Part shown: positions 1 through 10,500 of the stretch, piece by piece | Layout of the letters: each line of letters starts with the position of its first letter | How positions within the stretch are numbered: position 1 is the stretch's first letter | Origin: a virus | Taxonomy: Duplodnaviria > Caudoviricetes | Direction: 5' to 3' (one strand) | Length of the DNA: 44,356 nucleotides | Virus record (IMG/VR): IMGVR_UViG_3300027790_000040 | Coordinates: 1-44,356 of that record | Made by a program: the position numbers and the translations under genes | The notes under the pieces: generated by a model | What the model saw: the letters and a program-made list of their open reading frames with translations, nothing else | Databases searched by the model: none | Told to the model about the DNA's origin: nothing

Positions 1-5
1 TCTTG

Positions 6-131
6 GCGTCAAGGTCCGATCCCTCGCGGAAGAAGCCCGGATCATCCGGCACGAGGAACTGCGCGCCAAACGGCGAGGAGCCCACGCGATCCGCGAACGG
101 CTCTACCTCCACCGCATTCACGTCGTCCGCT
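6..131 (+). repeat. 126-bp terminal direct repeat, copy 1 (assembly overlap)
   Basis: Identical to 44231-44356. Bases 1-5 (TCTTG) do not match the bases before copy 2 (ACTGC). Confidence 0.95.
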
Positions 132-376
132 TGGAGTCCCGCGCCTCTCAACTCGCTGCCGCGTACCTCCGCGGGAAGCCCCGCGCGAGCTGCGAACAGC
201 ACGGGCTGACCCACCGCGACAAAGAGGTTCTCCCCAGACTTCTCAACAACGTCCGCAACTTCGGGGTCGCTCTCCACCAGGAGTGGCGCCCGGATGTCCA
301 CTCATGGTTTCTTGGCGGGGACGTGATTTTGGACGGCACGCAACCTTCCGTGGTTGCTTGGGTTGTGAAGGCGTGA
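6..376 (+). CDS. Hypothetical phage protein, 3' part of the gene starting at 44173
   Basis: Open frame ...LYLHRIHVVRLESRASQLAAAYLRGKP... ends at TGA 374-376. Confidence 0.8.
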
Positions 377-412
377 CATTGGGATGACAGTAGCGTGACG
401 TTCGAGTGACGG
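373..412 (-). promoter_or_regulatory. Four 7-bp half-sites with 11-bp period (Pho-box/OmpR-family-like array)
   Basis: The minus strand reads CCGTCAC-N4-ACGTCAC-N4-CTGTCAT-N4-ATGTCAC; the PhoB half-site consensus is CTGTCA(T/C). Confidence 0.55.
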
Positions 413-670
413 TCTCCGGGATATCGCTCACCTTTCTTCCCCCTCCGCCCTACGGGCTCGGGGTGTGCGCTGGCCGAGGGTCGAGTGGCGCTGCGCGACG
501 GCCTGCTCGTGTCCATGGCCGAGTCACTCAAGGATGGACGCTGCGGCCGGCGAGCCGCAAGCATGCCGGGGCTTGCGGTGATCCCGATTGATTCCGAATG
601 GGTTGCTCTCAGAAGGGGAGGGCGACCGGGTTTAGGTACCGTACAGCGGTGCGGGTTCTGTGGGCGCCCT

Positions 671-688
671 GTTGCGTTCGCGGGCCAC
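671..688. promoter_or_regulatory. Putative operator GTTGC-N8-GCCAC (1 mismatch)
   Basis: Intergenic match to the motif at 1559, 38138, 38744 and 39677. Confidence 0.4.
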
Positions 689-783
689 ACTGCTAACATC
701 CCCCGCAGACCCCTGGGTGGGGTTGGGCGTGCTTGGAGGCTCCGCTCGACCCTGCCCGGGGGAGCCTTTGTGAGCCTCCACTC

Positions 784-1167
784 ATGCCGAACCGTCCAGA
801 GTTCCGTGCCCGCTGCGCCGCCGTGCGAGCGCAGAGCAACGTTGCAGCCACACGCCAGATCCTCGTCGCGGCCGGCATCCGATGTCGCAGCCTCTACGCG
901 CTGGCGACCGACCTGCATCGCCGCGGGTTCACCCCCTACTACGTCGCCGCCTGGATCCAGGAGCGCATCCACAAGGGACCTGTGTTGATCTACGCCGAGA
1001 TGATGGACCCGCCCCAAATGGAGCGCCGACCGGGCGCGTTCGATGTCGACGTGGGGCGGTCCAACAGGATCATGCAGCAGCGCGTCAAGCAGCTCGCGAT
1101 CCGCACCATGGGCGCGCTCTGGTCGTTCACCCCGCACGACCGCCCCGAGGCGCGGCAAGCATGCTGA
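784..1167 (+). CDS. Hypothetical protein
   Basis: 127-aa ORF from ATG 784, overlapping the next gene start; GC3-rich codons. Confidence 0.65.
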   Translation: MPNRPEFRARCAAVRAQSNVAATRQILVAAGIRCRSLYALATDLHRRGFTPYYVAAWIQERIHKGPVLIYAEMMDPPQMERRPGAFDVDVGRSNRIMQQRVKQLAIRTMGALWSFTPHDRPEARQAC

Positions 1168-1541
1168 GCGAGGCCGAGTGGGAGCAGGTCAACCGCCGCC
1201 GCAGGGCCTTCGCCATCGTGTTCCACCGAGAGGGCGTCATCGGCGGCGAGGACCCCGTGGACGTGGCCTGCCGGACGCTGCAGGTCGGCCGCTCCGCGAT
1301 CGAGCGGATGTGCTTGGAGGAGTTCGAGCACGCCGTGGCGCACCGGCTGACGCCCGAGTGGGTGAAGTACGAGCGGGCAATGATCGAGTTCGCGCTGGGG
1401 AGCCGCGACAAGCGGCCGAAGAAGCCGAAGACCAAGCGCACGCCGCGCGGGATGGCGCTCCGCAGCCGAGGCGAGGAGGCCGAGGAGGAGGCCAAGGGCA
1501 GCGGCAACATGAGGCGCTATGAAAACCTGGGGCGGCGGTAG
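1161..1541 (+). CDS. Hypothetical protein with basic C-terminal segment
   Basis: MLSEAEWEQVNRRRRAF...; coupled to the upstream gene; GC3-rich codons. Confidence 0.7.
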   Translation: MLSEAEWEQVNRRRRAFAIVFHREGVIGGEDPVDVACRTLQVGRSAIERMCLEEFEHAVAHRLTPEWVKYERAMIEFALGSRDKRPKKPKTKRTPRGMALRSRGEEAEEEAKGSGNMRRYENLGRR

Positions 1542-1549
1542 AAACGTGC

Positions 1550-1578
1550 TTGCGTCCCGTTGCCGCTATGGGCAACAT
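1550..1578 (+). promoter_or_regulatory. Putative leaderless promoter overlapped by operator GTTGC-N8-GCAAC (1559-1576)
   Basis: TTGCGT-N17-CAACAT-N6-ATG, with a perfect palindromic motif inside. Confidence 0.55.
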
Positions 1579-1584
1579 GGGGCG

Positions 1585-1839
1585 ATGACGAGTGAAGCAT
1601 TCACAGAGTGGCTGTGGGAGCAGGCTCAGCGGGCCGGGTTCCAGAGCTGGATCCAGTTAGCCGAGACGCTGGGCGTGCGCCGCGAGTCGCTCTGGAAGTG
1701 GACCGCACGGGGCTACGTGCCCGCGTCGCGGCTGGTGCAGGTGGCGGAGGTTCTCTCGCTCTCGAAGCGAAACGAGAACGTCCTCCGCATGCAGGTGATG
1801 GAACACATGATTCGGATGCCGCAGGCACCCAAACAGTGA
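1585..1839 (+). CDS. XRE/Cro-like helix-turn-helix regulator
   Basis: QLAETLGVRRESLWKW...VPASRLVQVAEVL matches the HTH_XRE pattern. Confidence 0.8.
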   Translation: MTSEAFTEWLWEQAQRAGFQSWIQLAETLGVRRESLWKWTARGYVPASRLVQVAEVLSLSKRNENVLRMQVMEHMIRMPQAPKQ

Positions 1840-1849
1840 GGACCGACAG

Positions 1850-2896
1850 ATGATGAAGACCGACGAGATGAACCTGGACGACAGAACGCAGTTCCTGGGC
1901 GGCAGCGACGCCGCCTCCATCGTGGGCGTGAGCAAGTGGCGCAGCGCCGTGGACGTGTGGCTGGAGAAGACCGGCCGTCAGCCTCCGCGGGAGGTGACCA
2001 GCAAGGCGGCAGAGTGGGGCAAGCGGTTCGAGGCCCCGATCCTCGACCGCGCCATGGAGGAACTGCTGCCCGACGGCGCCAAGGCGATCAGGGCGCTACC
2101 CGACGAGCACCCCGAGCAGACGCTGGACCGGCTCGTCGCCGCCGCCGACGAGGGCGTGGTGGCCGTGGTGCGCAACCTGCGGATGCTGCACCCCAAGCAC
2201 CGCTACCTCGCGGCCGAGGCCGACGCGGTCATCCAGTGGCCGACCGGGGAGCGGTGGATCGTGGACGCCAAGCGCACCGGCATGATCGACGACTGGCGGG
2301 ACGGAGACGCGTGGAAGGCCCCCATCTACTACCTGCCGCAGTTCGTGCTGCAGATGGAGGTCTACAACGCCCACAGGCACTACGCCGCCGTGCTCGGCAG
2401 CGGGTGGGGCCAGGAGTTCTTCACCGCCGAGACGCGGCGCGAGCCGGCGCTGGCGACCGCGCTCCTGGCGTCGCTCAAGGACTTCTGGCAAGACAACGTG
2501 CTGGCGGGCAAGGAGCCCCCGGTCGAGACCTACGACGAGGCAGCGGCCGTCTGGCCGAAGCACAACCCCGACGACTTCATCGACCCGACCGAGGAAGACC
2601 TGGAGCGCATCCGCAGCTACATCGAGGCCAAGGCTGCCGTCAAGGAGGCCGAGGCTGTGCGCGACCAGCTCAAGAAGGAGATCGCCGAGGCGCTGGGCAC
2701 GCGGCAGGGGTTCGCGACGATCGACCCGGTGAGCAAGAAGCCGCGCGTCTACCTGGATTGGAAGACGCAGAAGGCGAGCCGAGTCGACCTCGCCAAGCTG
2801 CGCGAGCGGCACCCCGAGGTCGCCAAGGAATGCACCGTGGAGGGAACGTCCCGCGTGATGCGCGACAAGCCCAAGGCGTTCGAGGTATCCCAATGA
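1850..2896 (+). CDS. yqaJ: YqaJ-like viral recombinase exonuclease
   Basis: R..FLGGSDAASIVGVSKWRSAVDVWLEKTG, WGKRFEAPI, DA...DAK and YLPQ motifs; adjacent to RecT. Confidence 0.92.
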   Translation: MMKTDEMNLDDRTQFLGGSDAASIVGVSKWRSAVDVWLEKTGRQPPREVTSKAAEWGKRFEAPILDRAMEELLPDGAKAIRALPDEHPEQTLDRLVAAADEGVVAVVRNLRMLHPKHRYLAAEADAVIQWPTGERWIVDAKRTGMIDDWRDGDAWKAPIYYLPQFVLQMEVYNAHRHYAAVLGSGWGQEFFTAETRREPALATALLASLKDFWQDNVLAGKEPPVETYDEAAAVWPKHNPDDFIDPTEEDLERIRSYIEAKAAVKEAEAVRDQLKKEIAEALGTRQGFATIDPVSKKPRVYLDWKTQKASRVDLAKLRERHPEVAKECTVEGTSRVMRDKPKAFEVSQ

Positions 2897-3864
2897 GCAA
2901 CGACTTCAAAGAGATGGCGATGGCGGCAACGGCGACCAAGGCAAAGCCGTCGCCTGGCGAGTTCCTCGCGCAGCAGTTCGATCGGCGCATGGATCAGTTC
3001 CAGAGGGTGCTGCCCAACGTGGCGAGCCTCGACCTGGAGAGGCTCAAGGAGCTGGTCTGCATCGCCTACACCGCGCCCGGAAGCCAGATCGCGGGCTGCA
3101 CGCCAGCGTCTGTGCTGATGGCAGCCCGCGACGCCCTGGCGCTTGGGCTCGACCCGGTGACGAAAGCACTCGGCCAGGCGTGGCTGGTGCCCTACTCGCG
3201 CAAGGTCGGCGACAAGTGGATCAAGGAGGCGCAGTTCCAGGTGGGGCATCGGGGCTATCCGGTGCTCGCCGAGCGCACGGGCCGCATCTCGCGCATGGTG
3301 GCGCAGGCCGTCTACCAGGCTGAGCTGGACGAGTTCTACTGCGACCAGGCTACCGGCGAGCTGCGACACCCATGGCGCCCTGGCGTGGAGCGCACAGGGG
3401 ACAACCTGGTCGCCGCCTACTGCGCCGTGTGGCTGCAGAACCCTCGCACCGGAGTCGAGGCGAAGGCGCCCGTCATCCGCATCCTGGACCGCGACCAGAT
3501 CGAGGCCCGCCGGATGCGGAACCCCGCGGAGCGCAAGGGGCGCCACAGCCCGTGGCAAACCGACTACGTCGCCATGTCGGTCAAGTGCCCCGTGCGGGCG
3601 CTGTTCGGCAGCGGCATGATCCCTCTGTCGAGCGACCAGATGCAGGCCGTGGCGATCGACGCCGAGCTGGACGAGGGCGTCCCGCTGGGGCAGAGCGACT
3701 ACACCATCTCGGACACCGAGGAAGTGCAGGAGCCCGCGCAGGAGGAGGCGCCGGCCCTCATCGAGACCGAGGAGGACCCCACCGAGATCGACGGCATCAC
3801 CGCCGACATGGTGTCGGAGGAGGAGTGGGCCGCGATGGTCAAGGACCGCAAGCGCCCGTCCTGA
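2893..3864 (+). CDS. recT: RecT-family ssDNA annealing protein
   Basis: CTPASVL..A..LGLDP...LGQAWLVPY...AQFQVGHRG, SPWQTDYVAMSVK and an acidic C-terminus; ATGA overlap with yqaJ. Confidence 0.92.
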   Translation: MSNDFKEMAMAATATKAKPSPGEFLAQQFDRRMDQFQRVLPNVASLDLERLKELVCIAYTAPGSQIAGCTPASVLMAARDALALGLDPVTKALGQAWLVPYSRKVGDKWIKEAQFQVGHRGYPVLAERTGRISRMVAQAVYQAELDEFYCDQATGELRHPWRPGVERTGDNLVAAYCAVWLQNPRTGVEAKAPVIRILDRDQIEARRMRNPAERKGRHSPWQTDYVAMSVKCPVRALFGSGMIPLSSDQMQAVAIDAELDEGVPLGQSDYTISDTEEVQEPAQEEAPALIETEEDPTEIDGITADMVSEEEWAAMVKDRKRPS

Positions 3865-4196
3865 TGGCCAAGATCCCGACCGACACCTGGACGCTCCAGC
3901 TATGCCTCGAACGGGGCTGGCTGGCCGACCTGGCGGAGCGCCGGCTCGGTCGGGGTCGCATCTCCCGTGACTACCTCGGCTTCGCAGACATCATCGCGAT
4001 CACCCGGGAGGCGGAGCCCATCGCGATCCAGCACACCAGCAACAGCGGGGGCAACATGAGCGCCCGCCGGAAGAAGGTGCTGGCGTCGCTCCAGGCCGCG
4101 GATTGGGCGCGGCGCGGCGGGAGGGTGCTCCTCATCGCCTGGAACGCCAACGGCAAGTGCCGCGAGGAAGACCTCACCGCCGAGCTGCGCGGCTAG
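3864..4196 (+). CDS. Small PD-(D/E)XK-like nuclease (resolvase/VRR-NUC-like)
   Basis: RDYLGFADIIAI...IAIQHTS...SARRKK pattern; follows the recombination genes. Confidence 0.7.
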   Translation: MAKIPTDTWTLQLCLERGWLADLAERRLGRGRISRDYLGFADIIAITREAEPIAIQHTSNSGGNMSARRKKVLASLQAADWARRGGRVLLIAWNANGKCREEDLTAELRG

Positions 4197-4546
4197 TCGG
4201 CCGTCTGTGGTCGCCCCGCGCGGTGCAGCCAGGCGTCGATCTTCTGGAGCAGCTCCCGCCGGCGCGGCGTCTCGGTGCAGGTCGCGACCTCCCGGGCCGC
4301 GATCAGCACGTCGATCGCCGAGCGCATCATCGGGTGGTGGACGACCGGATCCACCTGGGTGCCCGGCAGGGTCTTCCGGCGCTCTGGGTAGCTCGACGGC
4401 GTCGTGAGGGCCTCGTGCAGCGACATGCCGGCGGCGAGGCGGCTGTCGACCGTCTGCCGGGCGATCTCATGGACCCTGCACAGATGGATGAACGACCACG
4501 ATCGGCCCTGATACTCGACCATCCGGGTAGGCGTGCGTCCTGCCAT
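4193..4546 (-). CDS. Small DNA-binding protein resembling the C-terminal HTH of HNH homing endonucleases
   Basis: VEYQGRSWSF...IARQTVDSRLAAGMSLHEALTTP; no HNH motif present. Confidence 0.65.
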   Translation of the reverse strand: MAGRTPTRMVEYQGRSWSFIHLCRVHEIARQTVDSRLAAGMSLHEALTTPSSYPERRKTLPGTQVDPVVHHPMMRSAIDVLIAAREVATCTETPRRRELLQKIDAWLHRAGRPQTAD

Positions 4547-4557
4547 GTGCAGAGAGT

Positions 4558-7500
4558 CTACTTCCGAGAGTCAGGGGACGCACGGCCCGACAGCACGCCC
4601 AGGGTCAGATCCACGACCCCGTCGGGGTCCACGTTGCCCTGCGCCACGTCGGTCAGGTAGCTCGCCGGGCGGATGGCCCAGGCGGCAATGCCCGCGTGCG
4701 GCACCAGCAGGACCATGGCCGTCATCGCGTCGCGCACCCGGCGCCCGCTCAGGTCCCGCTCGTCGTCGACCACGGCCTTGCCCGCCTGTGCGAAGCCGAT
4801 GAGCGCCCTCGACAGCGTCACCATGGCCGGGCTCGCCGCCACCCGGGAACCGAACTCGCGGTCCGTCACCATCTGGTCGATCACGCCGAGGAGCCCAGGG
4901 CCGTAGCCCGGCACCATCGAGAACGCGCCGCTGATTTGCGAGTAGCCGATGAGGTTGAACAGCGTGTCCAGGTGGCCGTCGTCGTCCTCGTCGTCCCACT
5001 GCTGCCAGAGGGTCATCGCGATGGCCTGGGCCGCGATCATCGGAAGCGAGAACGCCAGCGCGGTCGCCTTGAGCCGGTTGTTCGAGAACGCCACCTGGTT
5101 GAGCACCGCGTTGAAATAGGAGGTGAACTGCGTCCAGGTGCGGGCCAGCGGCGTGTTGACCTCGTAGGGCGCCACGTCCTCGGGGTTGAACGAGCCCTGC
5201 GAGAGCCGCACGGCGCTGTCGGCTGCGGCGATGGCGTCGGCCTCGGAGAGGTTCTGCTCCATGCTGTGCTCGTAGGCACCCCACCAGACGATCACGTCCA
5301 CCTGGTTCTGCATGAACGCCTGCATGAAGTAGGCGCGGCGCCCGATCCACTCCTGCACCCGCGCCGATGGGCTCGCGTCGACCAGCAGCTCCCGCAGGTC
5401 CGCGGTCAGCATCATCATCTGGTTGTTCAGACGGTCGTCCATGAACTCGGACCGCTGCGCGATCTGCTCCCCGAGCCCGCCGTTGCGGACGTGCTGGTAG
5501 AGCGCGTGCTTGAGGTTGCGGAACGGCACGTAGAGCGCGGCGTTGCTCAGCCCGGTGAGCTGCTGCAGCGTGTTGACCACGTTGCCGAACATGATCCCGA
5601 TGCCGGTGTTCCGGCGGATCATCTTCCAGAAGGCATCCTGCGTCGGGTCCTTGCCGCGCTCGTAGAGCGACTGCTTCACCGCCCTCTGCAGGTAGGGCAG
5701 GATCACTCCGTCGATCGACGCCCGGTCCAACCGGCGAAGCGCGCCAGACAGCTCGTCGCGGCGCAGCAGGCGCAGCACGTCGGCCACGCGCGGCTGCACA
5801 TGCGAGTAGCGGATCGTCTCGTCGATGTGCGAGGCGATCATGTTCACGTCCATCGCCAGCGGTCGCTGAGTGGAGCCCTCCACGCGGGACTTGGTGAACC
5901 CGTCGGAGACCTTGGGCAGGCCGCGGTGGAACTCCGCCTCCATCTCCTCGACCGTCACCTCCACGCGGTCCACGTTCAGCAGGTCGCGGTCGCGCGCCGC
6001 GGGCACGTAGCCGCCGCTGTAGGTCTTCCGCGTGCCATCGGGGAACTGCACCTCGAACGCGCGGTGGGGGACCTTCTTGAAGAACCGCCCGGTGATCTCC
6101 CGGTGCGCCGCCTGCACCTGCGGGAGGATCTCCTCCATCAGGTCCCAGGTGCGCTGCAGGAAGTCGAAGTGCTCGACGGTCAGCACGCCCTCGTCCACCA
6201 TGCGCTGGACGAACCCGTCCCAGCGGTCGAAGTTTGGGCTGCCGTCCTCGTTCCAGTCGGCCCACGAGAAGCCCTGCCCGCGGCCGGCGATGAGGAACTT
6301 GCTGCGGTTGGACTCGTTGCCCATGTGCAGCATCGCGCCGAGCAGCTCGACCATCCCCGTCCGCCGGCCGTCGCCGAAGACGTACTGCAGCTCCTGGGCC
6401 TCGATCTTCTCGTTGGGGATGTGCCCCCGCTTGCGCAGGTCGGCGATGTCCTCCACCAGGCGCCGCACGTAGGTCGAGGCGTCGGCGCGGTAGCGGTCCA
6501 GGGCGTGCCGCACCCCGTCGTGGATGAAGCGCAGGAACGGTCCGCGCTCGCCGCCGTCGAGGTGACGCAGGTAGTGCTCCGCCTTGGTCAGGTTGGCCCG
6601 GCTGCTCAGGAACCGCAGGCCCCACCGCTTGCTGTCCGAGATCGCGCCGCGCTCGCCGCCCACCTCGGCCGGCAACTCCCCGAGCTGCTCCACCAGCTCC
6701 TCCACCGCGGCGTCCACCTCCACCCGCTTGCCGTCCACGTCGACCTGCTGGTCGCGCCGCGCCCGGAAGCGCAGCGTGTCCACCGTCTCCCGGATCGCCC
6801 GGAGCTGGTCGAGCTGCAGATCCTTCCAGTCCGACAGGCCCTTGCCCTGCTGCTGGGCCTCCCGCAGGTCGGGCTCCAGCACCTCGAACAGCGCGGGGTC
6901 GTACTCCCGCACCAGCTCAAGGTAGTCGGCCGCCTTCTGCGTCTGGGGCAGCGTGGTCAGCCCGTACTGGGACAGCACCCACTGGGCCGCCCTGAGCAGC
7001 GCAGGGTCCCCCAGGCGGGCCAGGGCGGCGTCCGAGCGGTTCAGGTCCCGGAAGGACCGGACGATCGTCTCGACCTCCTGGCGGGCCTTGTGGGCCTGCT
7101 TGGCGAGCTGGTTGTTCAGGAGCTGGCGCCGCTTCGCCTCGACCGCGGCGGCGGGGTCCCCCGTCTTGCGGTCCTTGGCCGGCTTCATGGCGTCCCGGGC
7201 GTCCCGGGCGGCGCGCGCCTCGGCCTGCGAGTAGCGATCGGGCCGGATGTCCCGGATCGGCTTGCCGCCCAGGATGCGCCTGGCCGACTCCTTGGCCGCC
7301 GCGAGGAGCACCCGCGCCGGCCGCTGGGAGCCCTCAAGGAACCGCAGCTCGGCCGCCAGGAAGCGCGCACGGGCCTGCTTGTGCAGCGCCCGGTCCACCG
7401 CCTCCTTGACCTGGTCGTCCGTCGTCAGCTCCGCGTGGTCCTGCACCATCCGCTTGGTGGTGCGCGCCTCGACTTCCTCCTTGAACGGCCGCGCCGCCAG

Positions 7501-10500
7501 GAGCGACCGCACCAGCGCGCTGCCGCTCTCGTAGCCAAGCGCCGAGGCCAGGAACTCCGCCGAGGCGCCGCTCGGCGACACCATCGTCTTCCGCCCGCGG
7601 CGCCCCGCCCCGAGCTTCGCCATCGCCGCCTCGCGCTGCTTGGCGTCCAGGCCCTTGAGCAGGCCCTCGACCTGTTCCTGGTTGAGCTTGCCCTCGGCCT
7701 TGGACTCCTGCAGCAGCCGCGTGGCCACGTAGATGTCCTCGCCGGCCACCTCCGCCTCGACCTCGGCCCGCACCTCGCGCCGCTTGGCGTCGTGCTCCCG
7801 CTGCAGATCCTTGAGCGCCCGGCTCCTGGCGTTGGTCAGCCACTGCATCTGCTTGAGGCTCGCCGCGGTCAGCTCCGTCACCGCCTCCTCGCGGGCGTCC
7901 TCGATCGCCTGCTGGTAGCGCGCCCACTCCGACTCCGAGTGCCCGGCGGCGACGAACTGCTCCTGCGTCTGGAACGCCGGCATCATCGCCCGCGTCGCCT
8001 CGGCCAGCATCACCGCGTCCTCCGACGCCACCATCCGATCGAACACCGCCCGCACCTCGTCGGTCAGCCCCGGGAGGTCCACCCCGAACTGCGAGCGGTA
8101 GACGGCGTTGAGGCGGTCCCGCACGTCGCGGTAGACCTGCAGCATCCAGGACCGGATCTTGGCGAACACGCGCTCCAGACCGACAGTCGGCGCCTTGCCC
8201 TCGAACAGGTAGCTCTCGAAGTTGCGCGCCAGGCTCTCGTGATGCGCGCGCTGCGCCTCGATGTCCATGGCGCTCCAGTTCGCGAAGCGTGCGCCGGCGT
8301 CCTCGCCCTCGATGCCGAACCACTGCAGCAGCGTGTCCACGTCGGCCACCGTCTGCTCGCTGGCCGCGCCGCGCTCCACCGTGTCGAGCAGCGCGAACAT
8401 GAAGTAGTGCGACATCTCGTGGAAGACTGTCGACGGGTTGGTGGCTGCGTCCTTGCTCAGGAACACCGTGTTGATGTCCGGCATGAAGCGGCCGAACGGG
8501 GAAGCGCCCTCCCCTGGCTGCATCAGGATGTTGGGGCTCGCAGGGTCGAACGTGCCGCGGTTGTTGACGGACTTGACCTGCTTGGCAGGGTCGAAGACGA
8601 CGTAGACATCGCCGTAGTTGGGTGGGAGTGACCCGAACGGGTCGGCCCCCTGCGGAGTGTCCTCGCCATCTCGGAAGATGACGCCGTCGTGCCCTCCCTT
8701 CCGCGCCTCCCGAATCTTGGCCGTCCGAACCTTGCCGACGTGCTCACCCTGCAGGTCCACGACGAGCGGGTTCTGCAGCGACAGCATCACGGGGACGCTC
8801 TGGGATCCCTCGGGGGCCTTCGTCTTGCCTCGGAACGTGGTCGTCTCGGCGTACTGCGCCGCGGTGTCTGGGTTGTCCGTGAAGAACATCGCCCCACCTT
8901 CGACCTCGGTGAGACCACCAGAGGCGTCCACTCGACCGTGGTAGACCACCAGAGGCTTGCCCGCTTCGTCCACCGCCTTGCTCTCGCCGAACCACTCGCG
9001 GAACTCGGGCGTGTCCTGCTCCAGCACCTCGGCGTCGAGCCCCTCGATGTCGGAGTCGGGCGCGAACTCCAGCCCCAGCTCGCGCTGGAACTGCTCTGGC
9101 GTCATCCCGCGCTCGGCCGACTGCCGCAGCACGAAGTGGCGGTAGTAGCGCGCCGCCGCCCGCGCGACCTCGGGGCGCTGGCCCGCCTTCTGGAGCTGCT
9201 CGACCACCCGGGCCTCGACCGCGTCGGCCTCGACCTTGATCCGGTCGTTCACCTCAGCCTCTTCGACGATGCTCTGCTGCACCGCCTCGATCTCCGCGTC
9301 GGCCTGCTGCAGGATCGGCGCCGCCTCGCGGCCGCTGACGCCGTCGGGCTGCAGCCGCAGGTCGGGGATCAGAGCCCGGCCGAAGTCGCCGAGCGTGGTC
9401 ACGTAGTCGGCCGTCGGGATCTCGACGGTCCCCGTCTCGCGCGCCTCGCGCAGCGCCTTGTAGGCGTCGGGCGACAGGTCGCGGATGTGCGCCTCGGTGA
9501 GCCCCGCCTCCTCCATGCGCGCCTCGAACGCGCCGAGGTCGATGTAGACCCGGTCGGCCCCGTTCTCGCCCGCCACCTGCTCCAGGAACCGGCGGAACGT
9601 GCGCTCGCTGCGGGGGCGGGTCTTGCTCTGGTCGACCGCCTTCCCCAGGTTCTCGAACCACGCCTGGTCCTGCGACGCGGCCCGCGCCCGGGACAGGTTG
9701 GCCGAGGCTTCCAGGGCGGGACCCGGCAGCCCCAGCAGCGCCATCCCGCGCAGCGTCTCCGCGGTCACCTCCGCCAGGCGGTCGAGCATCGGCGCCCGCC
9801 CTTCCAGGTCCAGCTCCCGCGGGTCCACCCCGCGCTGCTCCATGATCGCCAACTCCTCGCCGACGACGTTGGAGACCTCCTGCGCCAGCTCGGTGGCGAC
9901 CTCCGCCCCGAGCCCCTTGGCGTATTCGATGGCGAAGCGGCCCGCAGCGCCCGTCGTGGTCGCCCGTGTGAGGAGCTGCTGCGCGACCTTGCGCGTGAGA
10001 GCCCGAGAGGCTGCCCGGCGGAACGGGGCCGTCAGGACCCCCGCAGAGGCCGTCTCAAGCAAGCCGTTGGTGACCCCCACGGCGCCCGACCAGAACTTGG
10101 CCCGGCTGTGGTCGACCCCCATCTCGATCATCTGCCCGTAGGCGGCGCCGCCCTCGCGCCGCGCGGAGCTGCCCGCGAGCTGGCCGAAGAAGCCGGCGCC
10201 GAACATCGCAGGCACCGAGACCAGCTCCTCGGGGATCGCCGCCTGCGGCCCGAGCTGCCCCAGTCCCAGCGCCGTGCCCGCCAGCGCCGCGCCGGTCGTC
10301 AGCGACTCGACGATCGACTGCTCCATGCCCGCCTCCATGCGGACGGCGCCGTAGACCAGGCTCTCGAAGAACCCGCCCGCGTCGCTGTTGGCAGGCAGCT
10401 CCTCCATCCGCCGGCTGATGTCCTCGATCTCGGCGCGGTCCTTGTCGGTGGCCTCCCCCGAGCGCACCCGGTCCCACAGCAGCGCCTGGCGCTCCTCTAG

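Noticed and set aside
6-131. Biological direct terminal repeat (T7-like)
   Set aside because: Its length is close to a common assembler k-mer and it falls in the middle of a gene, so it is better explained as assembly overlap.
1936-2892. N-terminal extension of the RecT ORF (642 aa in the ORF track)
   Set aside because: It overlaps yqaJ in another frame and is R/G/A low-complexity. The ATGA-coupled start at 2893 with RBS GAGG fits better. The same logic was applied to ORFs 3372, 882, 32816-34165 and 35573-36421.
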